A DNA stretch of 64,000 nucleotides, from positions 1,440,001-1,504,000 of the forward strand of contig CAVRBU010000002.1 in NCBI GenBank assembly GCA_963719315.1, read 5' to 3'. Below are positions 19,104 to 30,049 of the stretch, in pieces. The notes beneath the pieces are model-generated. The model ran no database searches. It was not told the origin of the DNA and saw only the letters and a list, made by a program, of their open reading frames with translations. The translations under genes were made by a program, and so were the position numbers. The DNA comes from an uncultured Planctomycetota bacterium. GTDB lineage: Bacteria; Planctomycetota; Planctomycetia; Pirellulales; Lacipirellulaceae. The stretch's first letter is position 1, and every line of letters starts with the position of its first letter.

Positions 19104-19263
19104 TATGTCCCAGTGCACGAAGCCGGCCTCACAGAAGCCAGCCATAGTTTTCAACCGGCTGTTAGAGTTTCTCGCAAGGGGCCCAGGGGCGCGGAGATGG
19201 GATGGGCGCCACTGGGAGACTGGGGCAGCAGGCCCGGCGATGCGTAGCGGTTATTCACTGCCC

Positions 19264-20469
19264 TTACTTCACGCGCGCCATCTGCTTCAAGAATTCCTGC
19301 TCGAGCCTGCGGGGGTCGCCGAAGTGTTTTCGGAATTCGGCGAGCCGCGTTTCGGGCGTGTCGTCAATGAGGGGCCGCTTCTCGGCTAGCACCTTGAGAT
19401 ATTGGGTGTACGCCTTGGGCTGGTACTTGATGAGATAATAGTTAAGGGCCCAGGCATCGGCGTACGCGTCGACGGCCGTCTTCGGGTCGCGGAAGCGGCG
19501 ACTGTCGCGGAGCATCGATTCAAGTGAGTTGTCGTTCCAACTCGAGATGTTTTTACGGAATGTTTCCAAACGAGGGTAGTTCACGCGGCCGATGCCGCGC
19601 CAACCGCGGGTGCTGGTTAGGTCGGGCGCCTCGAAGTACACGGCCATTCCTTCACAAAGCCAAAGCGGGATATCGGCGTAGCGCTGCTGCAGACCGCAAT
19701 TGAAGGCGATCTGGTGCGTCGCTTCGTGGACGACCGTTGCCACGAGCGGCACCGCGGCCGGTTGCGAAAGGAGCTGGTTGATTTCACGCATCGAGACGTG
19801 GCTGCCCGCGGCGCGAACGGCCTCAACGCCCGTGAGATCGAACATGTTGATCCGGTTCGAGCGGAGGCTGTAGAAGCCGATGATGTTGCCGGTGCCGCCG
19901 GGCAGGTCCTCGCGGCTGGCCTGGTCGTACTCCTGCCGCTTCGCGAACAGAAACACGGGGAGAGGGAACTCCGGTTCGTGCAACTCGATCCCCTGGCCTT
20001 GCCAGTAGTTGGTGAACGCCTTGTACAACCGCTCTAGCAGCGAACTGGTCCACTGGGCGTAGGTCCGCGACGTGTTGTAGACGATTACATAGTGCGGCGT
20101 CGTGTAACTGCGAAAGCCGGCCGGCATTTCGGACAGCAGTCGCTCGGACATCGCCGCCGCCACGAGCGGCTTGAAGGGCGTATTGAGCCTGGTTCGATGC
20201 TGCTGCTCGCCGCGCTCGATCGACCACAGCTCGCCGTCGGCGGACTCGAGCAGAATGCCGCCGTCGGCCGCCTCGGTGACGACCCGACCGGCAATCGATT
20301 TGTCCTGACCATCGCGGACGAATTCAACCAACTCGAAATTCGCTTCGATCGTCGATTCGTCTGCCGCCGGACTCGGCTTGGCGGCAATCGCGATTTTCTG
20401 ACCGGTCCAGATGATCGAAATCGCGCCAAACGACAAGGCGATCAGCGTTTTTATGGCGACGCGCTTCAT
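19264..20469 (-). CDS. DUF1570-type secreted zincin-like protein
   Basis: Signal peptide; VHEATHQIAFNCG, PLWLCEGMAVYFE and YADAWAL motifs. Confidence 0.8.
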   Translation of the reverse strand: MKRVAIKTLIALSFGAISIIWTGQKIAIAAKPSPAADESTIEANFELVEFVRDGQDKSIAGRVVTEAADGGILLESADGELWSIERGEQQHRTRLNTPFKPLVAAAMSERLLSEMPAGFRSYTTPHYVIVYNTSRTYAQWTSSLLERLYKAFTNYWQGQGIELHEPEFPLPVFLFAKRQEYDQASREDLPGGTGNIIGFYSLRSNRINMFDLTGVEAVRAAGSHVSMREINQLLSQPAAVPLVATVVHEATHQIAFNCGLQQRYADIPLWLCEGMAVYFEAPDLTSTRGWRGIGRVNYPRLETFRKNISSWNDNSLESMLRDSRRFRDPKTAVDAYADAWALNYYLIKYQPKAYTQYLKVLAEKRPLIDDTPETRLAEFRKHFGDPRRLEQEFLKQMARVK

Positions 20470-20826
20470 GCAAAGCCCGGGGAGCGATTCTGTGAGGGCA
20501 GGTCGGCTACATCCATTGTAGCTGACGTGTGCGATTTGCCGCAGATGAGATAACGCGACGGAAAGGCAGTTTACCTAAGCATTGCTATTGCAGCACCACC
20601 TGCATGAGGATCGTCACGACCTCCAACGTATTGGAAATGAGAAAACATATCCCTTCGCACACGAGCCGCTGCCTTCTTCCAACGGAGGCAACGGTGCGAT
20701 TGCGATGCCTACCGGTTGTCTATCCGCGAGTTACGAAAATGTTAATGCCATTCAAGTCTGATTCGTTATACTGGCCGGGCACTCCCATCGTTTGACGCGG
20801 CTTGGTTGTAGGAGAAGGAGCATGCC

Positions 20827-21162
20827 ATGCCAGCGATATCGTATTTGCCGTCGCTCGCGAGCGTGTTGTCGGAGGTCGCTGATCCTCGGGAGCGACGCGT
20901 GGTGCGGCAATCGTTTTCGGCGATCTTGGTGCTCGCATTGGTGGGGTTGATCAGTCGCTTACACGATTTTGCCACCTTGCATCATTGGGCAACGCGGTAT
21001 TGCCGTCTTTTGAAGAAACCACTGGGCTTTACCTGCAGCCGGCCCGCGCTTGCGAATGCCGAACTTCGCTGTGCACGCTTGACGTGGGCACAACGAATGC
21101 CATCAACGACCGAAGTTGCGGCATGGCTTAGAGCCGTCATTGCACATGTACGAAGGTGTTGA
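20827..21162 (+). pseudogene. ISAs1-family transposase N-terminal relic
   Basis: LSEVADPRERRVVRQSFSAILVLALVGLI...W...LKKPLGF matches the ISAs1 N-terminal pattern; no DDE core follows. Confidence 0.65.
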
Positions 21163-21191
21163 GATTCATGCGAGCGAGATGGGCAGTGCGA

Positions 21192-22665
21192 TTAATTCGC
21201 TTCGCCAAACAGCGGATAAAGTTTCGATTCGGTGCGATCGGACTGAAGAATCTGATCCATTTTATTGACGACCTCCGGGTGATCGGCCGCGACATCTGTC
21301 GTCTCGGCGGGATCTATTTTCAAGTCAAAAAGCTGCAACTTGCGCTTATGTTTTGCCGTACCCGTCCGTACACCCTTCCAATCGGCCATTCGTACGGCCT
21401 GCTGACCGCCGTAGCCGGCAAATTCCCACATCAAGTATTCGCGCTTTGGTCTGCTCACCATTGCCGGTAAGCGTGGGCCGCAGGTTCACTCCATCAGCGG
21501 CCGCAGGCGGCTGCACGCCAGCAATATCACACACGGTAGTCATGAAGTCCCAGAACGCAGAGATGAAATCGGATGCTTTTCCAGCCGCAACATGCTCCGT
21601 CCAGCGAATGACCAGGGGCACGCGGATACCGCCCTCGTAGACTGAACCTTTGAGCCCACGCAGACCGGCAGTTGAATTGAAGAACGCGGAGTCAGAGCCA
21701 CCCAGCCGGTTATACGTCGGCCCGTTGTCGCTGGTGAAGATAATGAGGGTGTCTTCCCCAAGTCCTAATTCATCAATGAGATCGACAATCTTGCCAATGT
21801 CTCGATCCATATGAGTGACCATTGCCGCATAGCCAGCGCGGGGCGACGGATGTTTCAAGTACTCGTGATGCTCGTACTCTTCCTCCGGAATTATACCTTC
21901 GTACCAGGCAAGCGACTCTTTAGGAACCTGGATCGACAAATGTGGAATGATCAATGGAAGGTAGAGAAAGAACGGTTGGGTCTTATTGTCGCGAATGAAC
22001 TGCAGCGCTTCGCGGGTGAACTCATCCTGCGAAAATACCTCTCCGCTCAGGCTCTTGCCATCGTTGCCGGGGTACGGGACTTTCTCGGCGTTTCGCCAGA
22101 GGAAACGCGGGTAGTGGTTGTGTGCGTGCAATTGGCTGTAGTAGCCGAAAAAGAGGTCGAAGCCGTGTGAGCGCGGATCGCCTGTGGTGCCAACGTGTCC
22201 CAGCCCCCACTTGCCGATGGCTGCCGTAGCATATCCGCGTTGCTTGAGCATCTCGGCGATGGTGACCTCTTCGGCCGGTATCGGCCTCTGCCCTGGGTAC
22301 TCCCAGCCGTACTTGGCATTCAGGCCTTCAAGTTCAGGTGCTTCTCCGTTGTCGCGAATGAATGCATGTGCCGGCGATTTGCCAGTCATTAACACGCATC
22401 GCGACGGAGCGCATACTGGCGATCCTGAGTAAAACTGCGTGAATCGGATGCCTTCGGCGGCAAGCTTGTCGATGCGGGGTGTCTTTATCCACTGTTGCCC
22501 GTAGCAACCAAGTTCACCGTAGCCGAGATCGTCGGCTACGATCAGGACGATATTGGGAGTCGCGGACTCTGCGGGCCACGCCGCTTCCCTTGCGGAGACG
22601 ACCGCCAGGATCAACGATACGATCAATAGTAGGTGGAAAATCCGCGCCCGATGAAAGTGAATCAT
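21192..22665 (-). CDS. Arylsulfatase (formylglycine-dependent sulfatase); apparent frameshift near 21450
   Basis: [48 protein letters not shown]-terminus (YLMWEF...[15 protein letters not shown]) lies in ORF 21192-21461. Confidence 0.9.
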
Positions 22666-24219
22666 GATCTGACTCCTAAACTGGCTATTATGGTAAGCCC
22701 GGCCTGCCCATGGTCATTCTGGTTGTGTGATGGGGATCTGTGTGTGAGTCGAGCGCATCGGCGACGTCGCTGTTCGCGTTTTCTGGCGGCCTTATCGCGG
22801 GATTCTTCCAAGCGATGAACGAGAACCGCTTCGGGATGCTCAGCGGCCCAGCGGTCTGGTAACATCTCTTCGAGTCGGTTGTCGTCGGCGTGCATGCGGA
22901 GGAGGAGCTCGCGGACGTAAGTCCACGGTTCCAGTCGATGCCGTTTGGCGCCGGCCAGAATTGTGTACAACACGGCCGCACGCGGACCTGCCGACTCGCT
23001 GCCTAAGAATAACCAGTTTTTCCGCCCGATCGCCTGATGACGAAGCGTTCGCTCGGCGGTGTTGTTGTCCATGGTCAAGCGGGCGTCCGCGGTGTAACGC
23101 CGCAGGGCCTGCCATTGATTGCGGGCATAAGTAACCGCCTTGGCCAGCGCGCTCTTGGGCAGGAGAGTCTCGGCTAGTTCTGCCAAGTAAACTTCCAGCT
23201 TGTCTAACACGGGCTCTGCTTCGACGCGGCGCAAGTCATATCGCGAGTCAACTGAAAGCTCCCGTGCTCGGTCTTCGATGTCGTACAACTGCCTAATCCA
23301 CTCGAGTACCTGATGGGACTGGCGTGGGTAGTTCTTCGAGGCGTCGAAGAACTTGCGGCGGGCATGTGCCCAACAGGCAACTTCGACGATCTGGTGGTTC
23401 GATCCCAGATAGATCGCGTCGTAGCCCGCATAAGCGTCGGCATGGAGATAGCCGCGAAAGGTCTGCAAAAAACTTTGCGGACCATCTCGACGTCGACTCA
23501 TGCTGAAGTCGTAGACCGAGTACGGATACTCGTCACCGATGTAGGTCCAGAAGCGCCCTTGGCAACTTCCTTCCTCGCCGCCGACCAGCACCGTGACCGG
23601 CGTGTCGTCGGTCCACAGCACGGGAGATTGAACGACCAACCTGCGTTGTAAGTCGTAAAGCGGGTGGAGCAGGTCGGCCGCAGCGGCCACCCAATCGCAC
23701 AAGGTACTGCGCGGGAAGTGAACGCCGCACCGGACAAAAATGTCTTCCAAGCGATACAGCGGCAGATGATCGCTAAACTTGCTGACAACGATTTCGGCGA
23801 CAAGCCCGGGGCCGGCGATGCCGCGAGCAATCGGTCGGGGCGGAGGAGGTGGGCTGGACACGCCGTTTTTGCAATAGCGGCAAGCATACTTGCCCCGTAC
23901 ATACTCATGCACTTCCAGCCGGGCGGGGACATGTTCCAGAATCGTCGTCACGTCTTCGCCGATGCGATCCTTGTGGCGTCCGCAACCGTCGCAGGTCTTT
24001 TCGGTGGCCGATAGCTCAGACTCATGACGATGACGCGGCAGACGCGAGAGATCCAGTTCGCGTCGCCGTCGCCTTCGACGAGGAGCGGCGGCTGGCACGG
24101 GCTCGGTGAGCTCGAGATCATTCGCGGCTTCCGCGGCCGGTGGAGCCAAGTCGAACAGCTGTCCCTGACCTTCCCCGTCCGTGAGCCGTTCACTGCGACG
24201 CCCATGAACCCATCGCTTA

Positions 24220-25305
24220 TATGGCTCGTCGCAATAAATCTGCAACATTGGTCTGGACAAGAACGTAATATCATGGGACAAGGCGCGCGCCATGAGCGTA
24301 GGCGCCTATTCGACGTGTGAGATGCGGGTTCGAGCCGTTGAAGCTTTGGCGTGCGGAATGAATGTGTCGGATGTGGCGTCGGCGTATCGTGTGGATCGGA
24401 CGACCTTGTTTCGTTGGCGACAGCGGTATGATGCGGAGGGGGACACTGGCTTGCACCGACGCGGCGGCAGCGGCCGCCCGCGGAAGTTGACGGAAATGGG
24501 GGAAGATGTCTGGCAGGAGATCGTCTTGCAACCGGCATCGGCGTTCGGTTTTGAGACGGACCTGTGGACGGTGCGGCGCGTGCATCAGGTTCTGTGCCGG
24601 GAGTACGACGCCGACATTTCGCGTGACACCGTGTGGCGACGGTTGCGCGAAGCCGGCCTGACGTATCAAAGACCGGAGCGACAATACTTTCAGATCGACG
24701 AGCAGGCACGCCAAACTTGGTTGCAAAACGAGGTTCCCAGAATTCGCAGAACGGTCAAGAAATACCGGGCGATTCTGTACTTTCAGGACGAATCGAACAT
24801 TTCGCTGACAGCACTGTTGGGCAAGACCTGGGCGCCCTGCGGCGAAACACCGACGGTGCCGGTGACCGGCAAGCGCGGCGGCGTTGCTGCGATGTCTGCG
24901 ATCAGTGGCCGAGGGCAGTTGCTGTTTCGATTGCTCGACAAGCGAATCGCCTCCGCCGAGGTGATCGAGTTCCTTCGCCAGATGCTCAAGCATCATCCCC
25001 GACGACACCTGGTTGTGGTGATGGACCAAGCTCCGCCGCATACATCGAAGGCCACGCAGACGTACGTCAAAGGTCAGCCGCGCTTGCATGTATTCCACCT
25101 GCCGAAGTATTCGCCCGACTGGAACCCCGACGAGAAGGTCTGGAACCATCTCAAACATCAAGAACTCACCGCTCATCAAGCACGCACCAAAGAAGAACTC
25201 CGCAAACTCACCAAACGCAAGCTCACACGGATGTCCAATAACCCTTCGCTAATTCGCGGAATCTTCTTCCGTTGTTGTGTTGCAGATTTTTTCGGATGAG
25301 CCATA
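24220..25305 (+). mobile_element. IS630-family element nested in IS66 tnpC (coordinates include flanking TA)
   Basis: Inverted ends TATGGCTCGTCGCAATAAATCTGCAACA and reverse complement TATGGCTCATCCGAAAAAATCTGCAACA; TA target. Confidence 0.9.
24292..25299 (+). CDS. IS630-family transposase, intact
   Basis: N-terminal HTH; FQDES, VMDQAPPH and LPKYSPDWNPDEKVW DDE motifs. Confidence 0.92.
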   Translation: MSVGAYSTCEMRVRAVEALACGMNVSDVASAYRVDRTTLFRWRQRYDAEGDTGLHRRGGSGRPRKLTEMGEDVWQEIVLQPASAFGFETDLWTVRRVHQVLCREYDADISRDTVWRRLREAGLTYQRPERQYFQIDEQARQTWLQNEVPRIRRTVKKYRAILYFQDESNISLTALLGKTWAPCGETPTVPVTGKRGGVAAMSAISGRGQLLFRLLDKRIASAEVIEFLRQMLKHHPRRHLVVVMDQAPPHTSKATQTYVKGQPRLHVFHLPKYSPDWNPDEKVWNHLKHQELTAHQARTKEELRKLTKRKLTRMSNNPSLIRGIFFRCCVADFFG

Positions 25306-25607
25306 CAGGCCAACTCTTCCAATGTCACCGCGTGCTCCTCTCGGAGCTGCTCGAATGAAGCGGCTGTTTCATCCAGCACGCGGCCGAGGTCGGTCACTTG
25401 TCGCTGAGACTCAGTGGCCTGTTCGGCAGCTTGGGCCTTCCGCTCCGCGTCGGCGAGTCGACGCTCATGCTAGGTAGCTTCTCGAAAAGCGGCCAACAAC
25501 AGACGTTGGCACTGATCCAGGTCGTTCGGCAAGAAGGCGGCGTCATTCATTACGCCCACTGTTGTAGCGACTTCTACCGATGGCGGAAGAGTGCTTTAGA
25601 AAAATAT

Positions 25608-25960
25608 TTAACCCACGCGGCGATACCGCCTTCGCAGACGCCCCGTTCTCGAATCGAGTCCCGTTAAGGAGTCGGTTCAACTGGAGATTCGTCCAGTTCG
25701 ATGCCGTGCTTGCCTGCGGCGGACCTGGGCAGCTGGAAGGTTCCGGCCTCCAATCGCTTGTAAAAGATCGCGAGACCGTCGTGATCCCAGAATAGGATCT
25801 TGAGTCGATCACGCTGGCGACTGAAGAACAAGAACAAGAGACCAGAGAGCGGGTCTTCGTCGAAGATCAGTTGGGTGAGCCCCATCAGCGTATCGAAGCT
25901 GTAATTCATCTTCGTCGGTATGGTGCACAAGAACACACGAATCTCGGAAAGTTCGATCAC
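25608..25960 (-). pseudogene. tnpB: IS66 accessory TnpB, frameshifted near its C-terminus
   Basis: VFLCTIPTKMNYSFDTL...DPLSG.LFLF...DRLKILFWDHDG...YKRLEAGTF. Confidence 0.85.
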
Positions 25961-26328
25961 GACTCGGGCGCCTTCCAGGGACGCAAGGAACGGACCACGC
26001 GGACGACGGCCACCAGCACGCCTCGACTCACGTCGGCGGGCAAGCGGACCACGCCCCCGTTGGGCAACTCGATCTCGATGCGGGACTTTTTCAACGAGAT
26101 GGGCAGGAACAGCGCGTAGGTCGAAACGTTCTGCCACGACTAGGCGGCATCCGCCTGCAGTGTTTCGGGGATGCCCTTGTCGAGTCGCCGCTTCTAGCGG
26201 AAAAAAGATGATCGCGAAATGCCTTCCTGCAGACAGAATACGTCCAGGCTGGTCTCACTCGTCTGGTATCTTTCCAGGCGACCCTGCCACTCTAGATAAT
26301 CCTCGACGATGCTCGGTGGACGACCCAT
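25957..26328 (-). pseudogene. tnpA: IS66 TnpA, degenerate
   Basis: Fragments SLDVFCLQEGISRSSFFR and IEIELPNGGVVRLP in shifted frames, with an internal stop. Confidence 0.65.
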
Positions 26329-27008
26329 CGGCTCGTCTCCTGAGTGAATATGCATGACAAAACCCCAGGATATGAAAAACTCGTCAAGTATAGGCTACCG
26401 CGAACGCTTACCTATTATGTCGATCTTAAGGGCGAGCACATTATTGTGGTCGAATGCCATTTTCAATTCTGATACTTCATTGTAATTGGCTGGCACGATT
26501 TGCTGATTCTTTTCGATCATTTGGCCAGGGCTTCGATATCGCGACGTGTTCTGCCGCAACTGACTGCCCAGCAGCCGAATTTCAAATAGGTAATACCGTC
26601 CGGACGATGACACTGGTTTAGCGGAAAAGGTGGTAGCTCCTTCTCCCGGAAGTAATAATTCCGGCGTTTTCATTTCTCGAAATGAAGGGGTTCATCAGCA
26701 TGTCACGAACTTATCCGAAGCCCTCTCGAATCCGCAAGTCACAGACCGGCCGTGGCGAGCAGCACCGTGGAGTCGCCAAATCAAACAGCAGGCGCGGGCG
26801 CTGTCCGCGCTGCCCCTGGCACGGCCTCAGACGAGGTGGGCAGCCAGATGGCAGCCAATTTCGCGGCCGGAGCAGGCCCGTGTTGGCTGGTCGTGGCTCG
26901 AAGGAATCTCGGCGAGCGGCGGAAGCGCAAGACGCGAAACCCTCGCTGGAGCGAGGGTTATGACACCAACGGTCAGCCAGAGTCACCCTCTGGCACAGAA
27001 GTTGATCA

Positions 27009-27029
27009 GTGGAGGCGGCGGGAATCGAA
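27009..27029 (-). other. Isolated 3'-end fragment of tmRNA-like gene (att-like site)
   Basis: Minus strand TTCGATTCCCGCCGCCTCCAC gives a T-loop, T-stem 3' strand and acceptor 3' strand; no 5' partner adjacent. Confidence 0.6.
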
Positions 27030-27295
27030 ACCTTCGACTTTGAACATACGTGCCGTGCAAAACGGGCACCGAACGGTCGGACGTATGCAGGGACGTATGC
27101 AAATCCGTTCTCTGTAACGTAGTCCGAGCTTCTTCGTGATTCGGGAAAACACGAGTCGTGCGGGCGGCTGGCAAGCCAAATGAATCGCAAGTATGGCCAG
27201 GGAAGCCGAAGACGAGGCTCACCAATATAATTGGGCTGAAATGAGCCGGCCGCAGTTCGACGGAAGGCTGATGGCCGGAGCATCCGGCTCGATTA

Positions 27296-27730
27296 TTATA
27301 GCTCTAAATCCCGTCGTAGCTGCTCGCATACGGCAACCGCATCTTTAAAATCCTTCTCCGATGTACACTTAATAATCACAGTGGGGGCAAGCCCTACTGC
27401 AGCTTTTGATACGTCCATGCCTAACCCAGGAGCAATCGGAGTTGGCGTCTCAGTCAGCTCGCCAATAGCTTCGACAGTACCGTCAGCAGCAGTACCCCCG
27501 AAGCCCTCCCACGAATCATAAACCCCACCCCCTTCCCTAAACCAACCAAACCATCGCCAAAGCCCACTTGGATCAATGTACCCAGTCGGCTGATTCCCCA
27601 CATACCGATACAAATTCGCATCGCCGCCGGCGAACCCGATCGGGTCTTCGCTCAGCCAGCGGCCAACCTGTGGATCATACCACCGGTTGAGGTTGTTCTG
27701 CAAACCGGTGTCCCGATCGAAGAGCCTCGC
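27296..27730 (-). pseudogene. Orphan Rhs core tip with variable C-terminal (toxin-like) extension
   Basis: DTGLQNNLNRWYDPQVGRWLSEDPIGFAGGDANLYRYVGNQPTGYIDPSGL then about 87 aa of lower-GC extension; no YD repeats upstream. Confidence 0.85.
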
Positions 27731-27798
27731 CGCCTAGGTCCTTGTAATTTGTTCCCCGTTTTCTTGTTGCTCACACGAGCAAGAAAGGAGATGTCACG

Positions 27799-28044
27799 AT
27801 GTCCGAAAATAATCGACCCGTGCATCAAGTCCGTATCGGACGAATTAAGGCCGCCGTCTTTGAGAATGGCGACAACGCTCCTCGCAAGGTCCAGTTCACC
27901 GCCCTCTACAAAGAAGGAGATGAATGGCGAGGTTCAGCCAGTTTTACTCGCGAAGACTTACCGCTGCTTGCCAAAGTTGCGGACCAAGTCCACTCGTACT
28001 TGTACGAGAAGAACGGGCAAAACGGTTCTTCCGACGCGTTCTAA
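27799..28044 (+). CDS. Small hypothetical protein, possible PC4-like ssDNA-binding fold
   Basis: AAGGAG RBS; PVHQVRIGRIKAAVFEN...YKEGDEWRGSASFTREDL beta-beta-beta-alpha pattern. Fold is inference. Confidence 0.7.
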   Translation: MSENNRPVHQVRIGRIKAAVFENGDNAPRKVQFTALYKEGDEWRGSASFTREDLPLLAKVADQVHSYLYEKNGQNGSSDAF

Positions 28045-28332
28045 GGTTTCTTGAGGCCACCCATGCACCACCGGCCTCCCAAAGCATAGACGTTACTCGC
28101 CCAATCTACGTGAGATGCGATAACCCAGGAGTGTCATTCCTGGGTTGGATAGCCAATTGCCATCGGAGCCACTGGTTGAGGGGCCGATGGACCTTTGGAA
28201 GGCTTCGCAACCTGCGTCGGTGTTTCACTCCTTACGCACGAAAAATAGCGTCCGAACCAGCAAAAATGGTGTGACGACCAACGGAAAAGGATTGTTCGTG
28301 CAGCCATAAGCACTTGGCATAGATAGGCTTAG

Positions 28333-29888
28333 CAGCCTGTTGAAGAAGTCTCCTTTGGATAGACTTTCGCTAACGACGGCATGGCGCTAAATTGTCGCCT
28401 GCGGTTGGCGTGGATGCCAGTGAAAGAGCGATTATTGTTTTGCTCAGGCATCCGCAGAGCCGAATTGAGGAGATCACGGATGGCGTTGGGACACCGCAAC
28501 CAAGAGCAGCAGTCGTCCTTCTGGATCCCGGTGGACCAGTTGCCGCGGTCGGAAGGGCATGTGTTTTACGGCAAGCTCAATCAATTGCTGCGAGCAGCCG
28601 GCTTCGACGAGTTCGTCGAAAGGCTCTGTGAGCCGTACTATCACGAAACGATGGGGCGGCCCGGCATTCCGCCGGGCGTCTACTTCCGGATGCTGTTGGT
28701 GGGCTACTTCGAGGGCCTCGGCTCGCAACGGGGCATCGCCTGGCGGTGTGCCGACAGTCTCAGCTTGCGAGAATTTCTGGGCGTCCCGCTCGGCGAAGAG
28801 ACGCCTGACCATTCGAGCCTGACGCGGGTCCGCGACCGACTGCCGTTGTCGGTTCATCGGCAAGTATTCTGCTTCGTGCTCGAGGTGGCTGAGCAGCAAG
28901 GCCTGCTCGCCGGCAAGACGGTGGGCGTCGACGCCACGACCCTGGAGGCCGACGCGGCCATGAAGAGCATCGTCAGGCGCGACACGGGCGAGGACTGGCA
29001 GGAGTATGTTCGGCGTCTGATGCAGGAAGCAGGCCAGATCGAGCCGGGCGACGAACCCTCAGCCGAGGAGATTGCTCGGTTCGATCGCCAGCGCAAGGAC
29101 AAAAAGGTCTCGAACCAAGAATGGCAGAGCGAAACCGACCCGGACAGCCGGATCACCCGGATGAAGGACGGCCGCACGCATCTGGCCTACAAGGCCGAAC
29201 ACGTCGTCGATCTGGACACGGAGCTGATCCTGGCGGCCGAGATTTATCACGCCAACGCGGCCGACGTGGACACGATCGGCCCGAGCCTCAGCCAGCGCAA
29301 GACAACTTGATTCAAGCCGACAGCGACGCGGACATCGAGGAGACGGTGGCGGACAAAGGCTACTCGGGGAACGAGACGCTGGCCGAATTGGAATTCACCG
29401 AGGGTCTACGAACGTACATCGCCGAACCACAGCACGCGCATCGTCGCAATTGGAAAAACAAAGCGGACGAAGAGCGTCGGGCGGTGACGGGCAACCGCCG
29501 CCGGGTCAAAGGAAAGCGAGGACGTGCTCTACAGCGCGAGAGGAGTGAGAAGGTCGAGCGGAGTTTCGCCCACGTCTGCGAGACGGGCGGCAGTCGGCGA
29601 ACGTGGCTGCATGGTATCGAGAAAGTGAGAAAGCGATACCTGACGTCGGCCATGGCACGCAATCTGGGCCTCGTCCTGCGCCACTTGTTCGGAATCGGCA
29701 CGGCCAGGAGCCTGCAAGGGGAACGGCGGGCTTGCCGACGCCTTGCATGTTGTGTTGTTTAACACCCTGGCCGCGCTGGAGCGTCTGCTGACGCCCACGC
29801 CGCCGACCGGCCGACAAAAATCAACCATCAACCAACCGCTCGCGTTGGCTGCCTAAAATCACCAAATACCAACTTCTTCAACAGGCTG
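28333..29888 (+). mobile_element. IS1182/IS5-like insertion sequence
   Basis: Perfect 17-bp TIR CAGCCTGTTGAAGAAGT / ACTTCTTCAACAGGCTG, flanked by TTAG on both sides. Confidence 0.9.
28480..29856 (+). CDS. DDE transposase (DUF772-type N-terminus); apparent frameshifts near 29295 and 29720
   Basis: GRPGIPP, TPDHSSLTR, VDATTLEA, YKAEH, VADKGY and RSEKVERSFAH motifs. Confidence 0.88.
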
Positions 29889-30049
29889 TTAGGCAAGAAT
29901 GACACTCGTATTTCAACCGTCTGCCCCATTAGACTATAGGCTTCGAATCGCTAGTAACTTTCGTCAGATAATTGGCGAGTATGTGCGGTTCCTCAGTCTT
30001 AACACCGAAGACCAATTCATCAACAACAACTACTACATACGGACGCACA

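Larger units (their letters stand above)
22662..25550 (-). pseudogene. tnpC: IS66 transposase TnpC split by IS630 insertion
   Basis: CDGCG and CRYC zinc finger, KFSDHLPLYR, WTDDT, LHADAYAGY, CWAHARRKF, DNNTAERTLR. N-terminus lies at 25306-25550, beyond the IS630. Confidence 0.88.
22693..26411 (-). mobile_element. IS66-family element, interrupted by IS630
   Basis: Termini GTAAGC...GCTTAC; 8-bp target duplication CTATTATG at 22685-22692 and 26412-26419; tnpA-tnpB-tnpC order. Confidence 0.92.
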
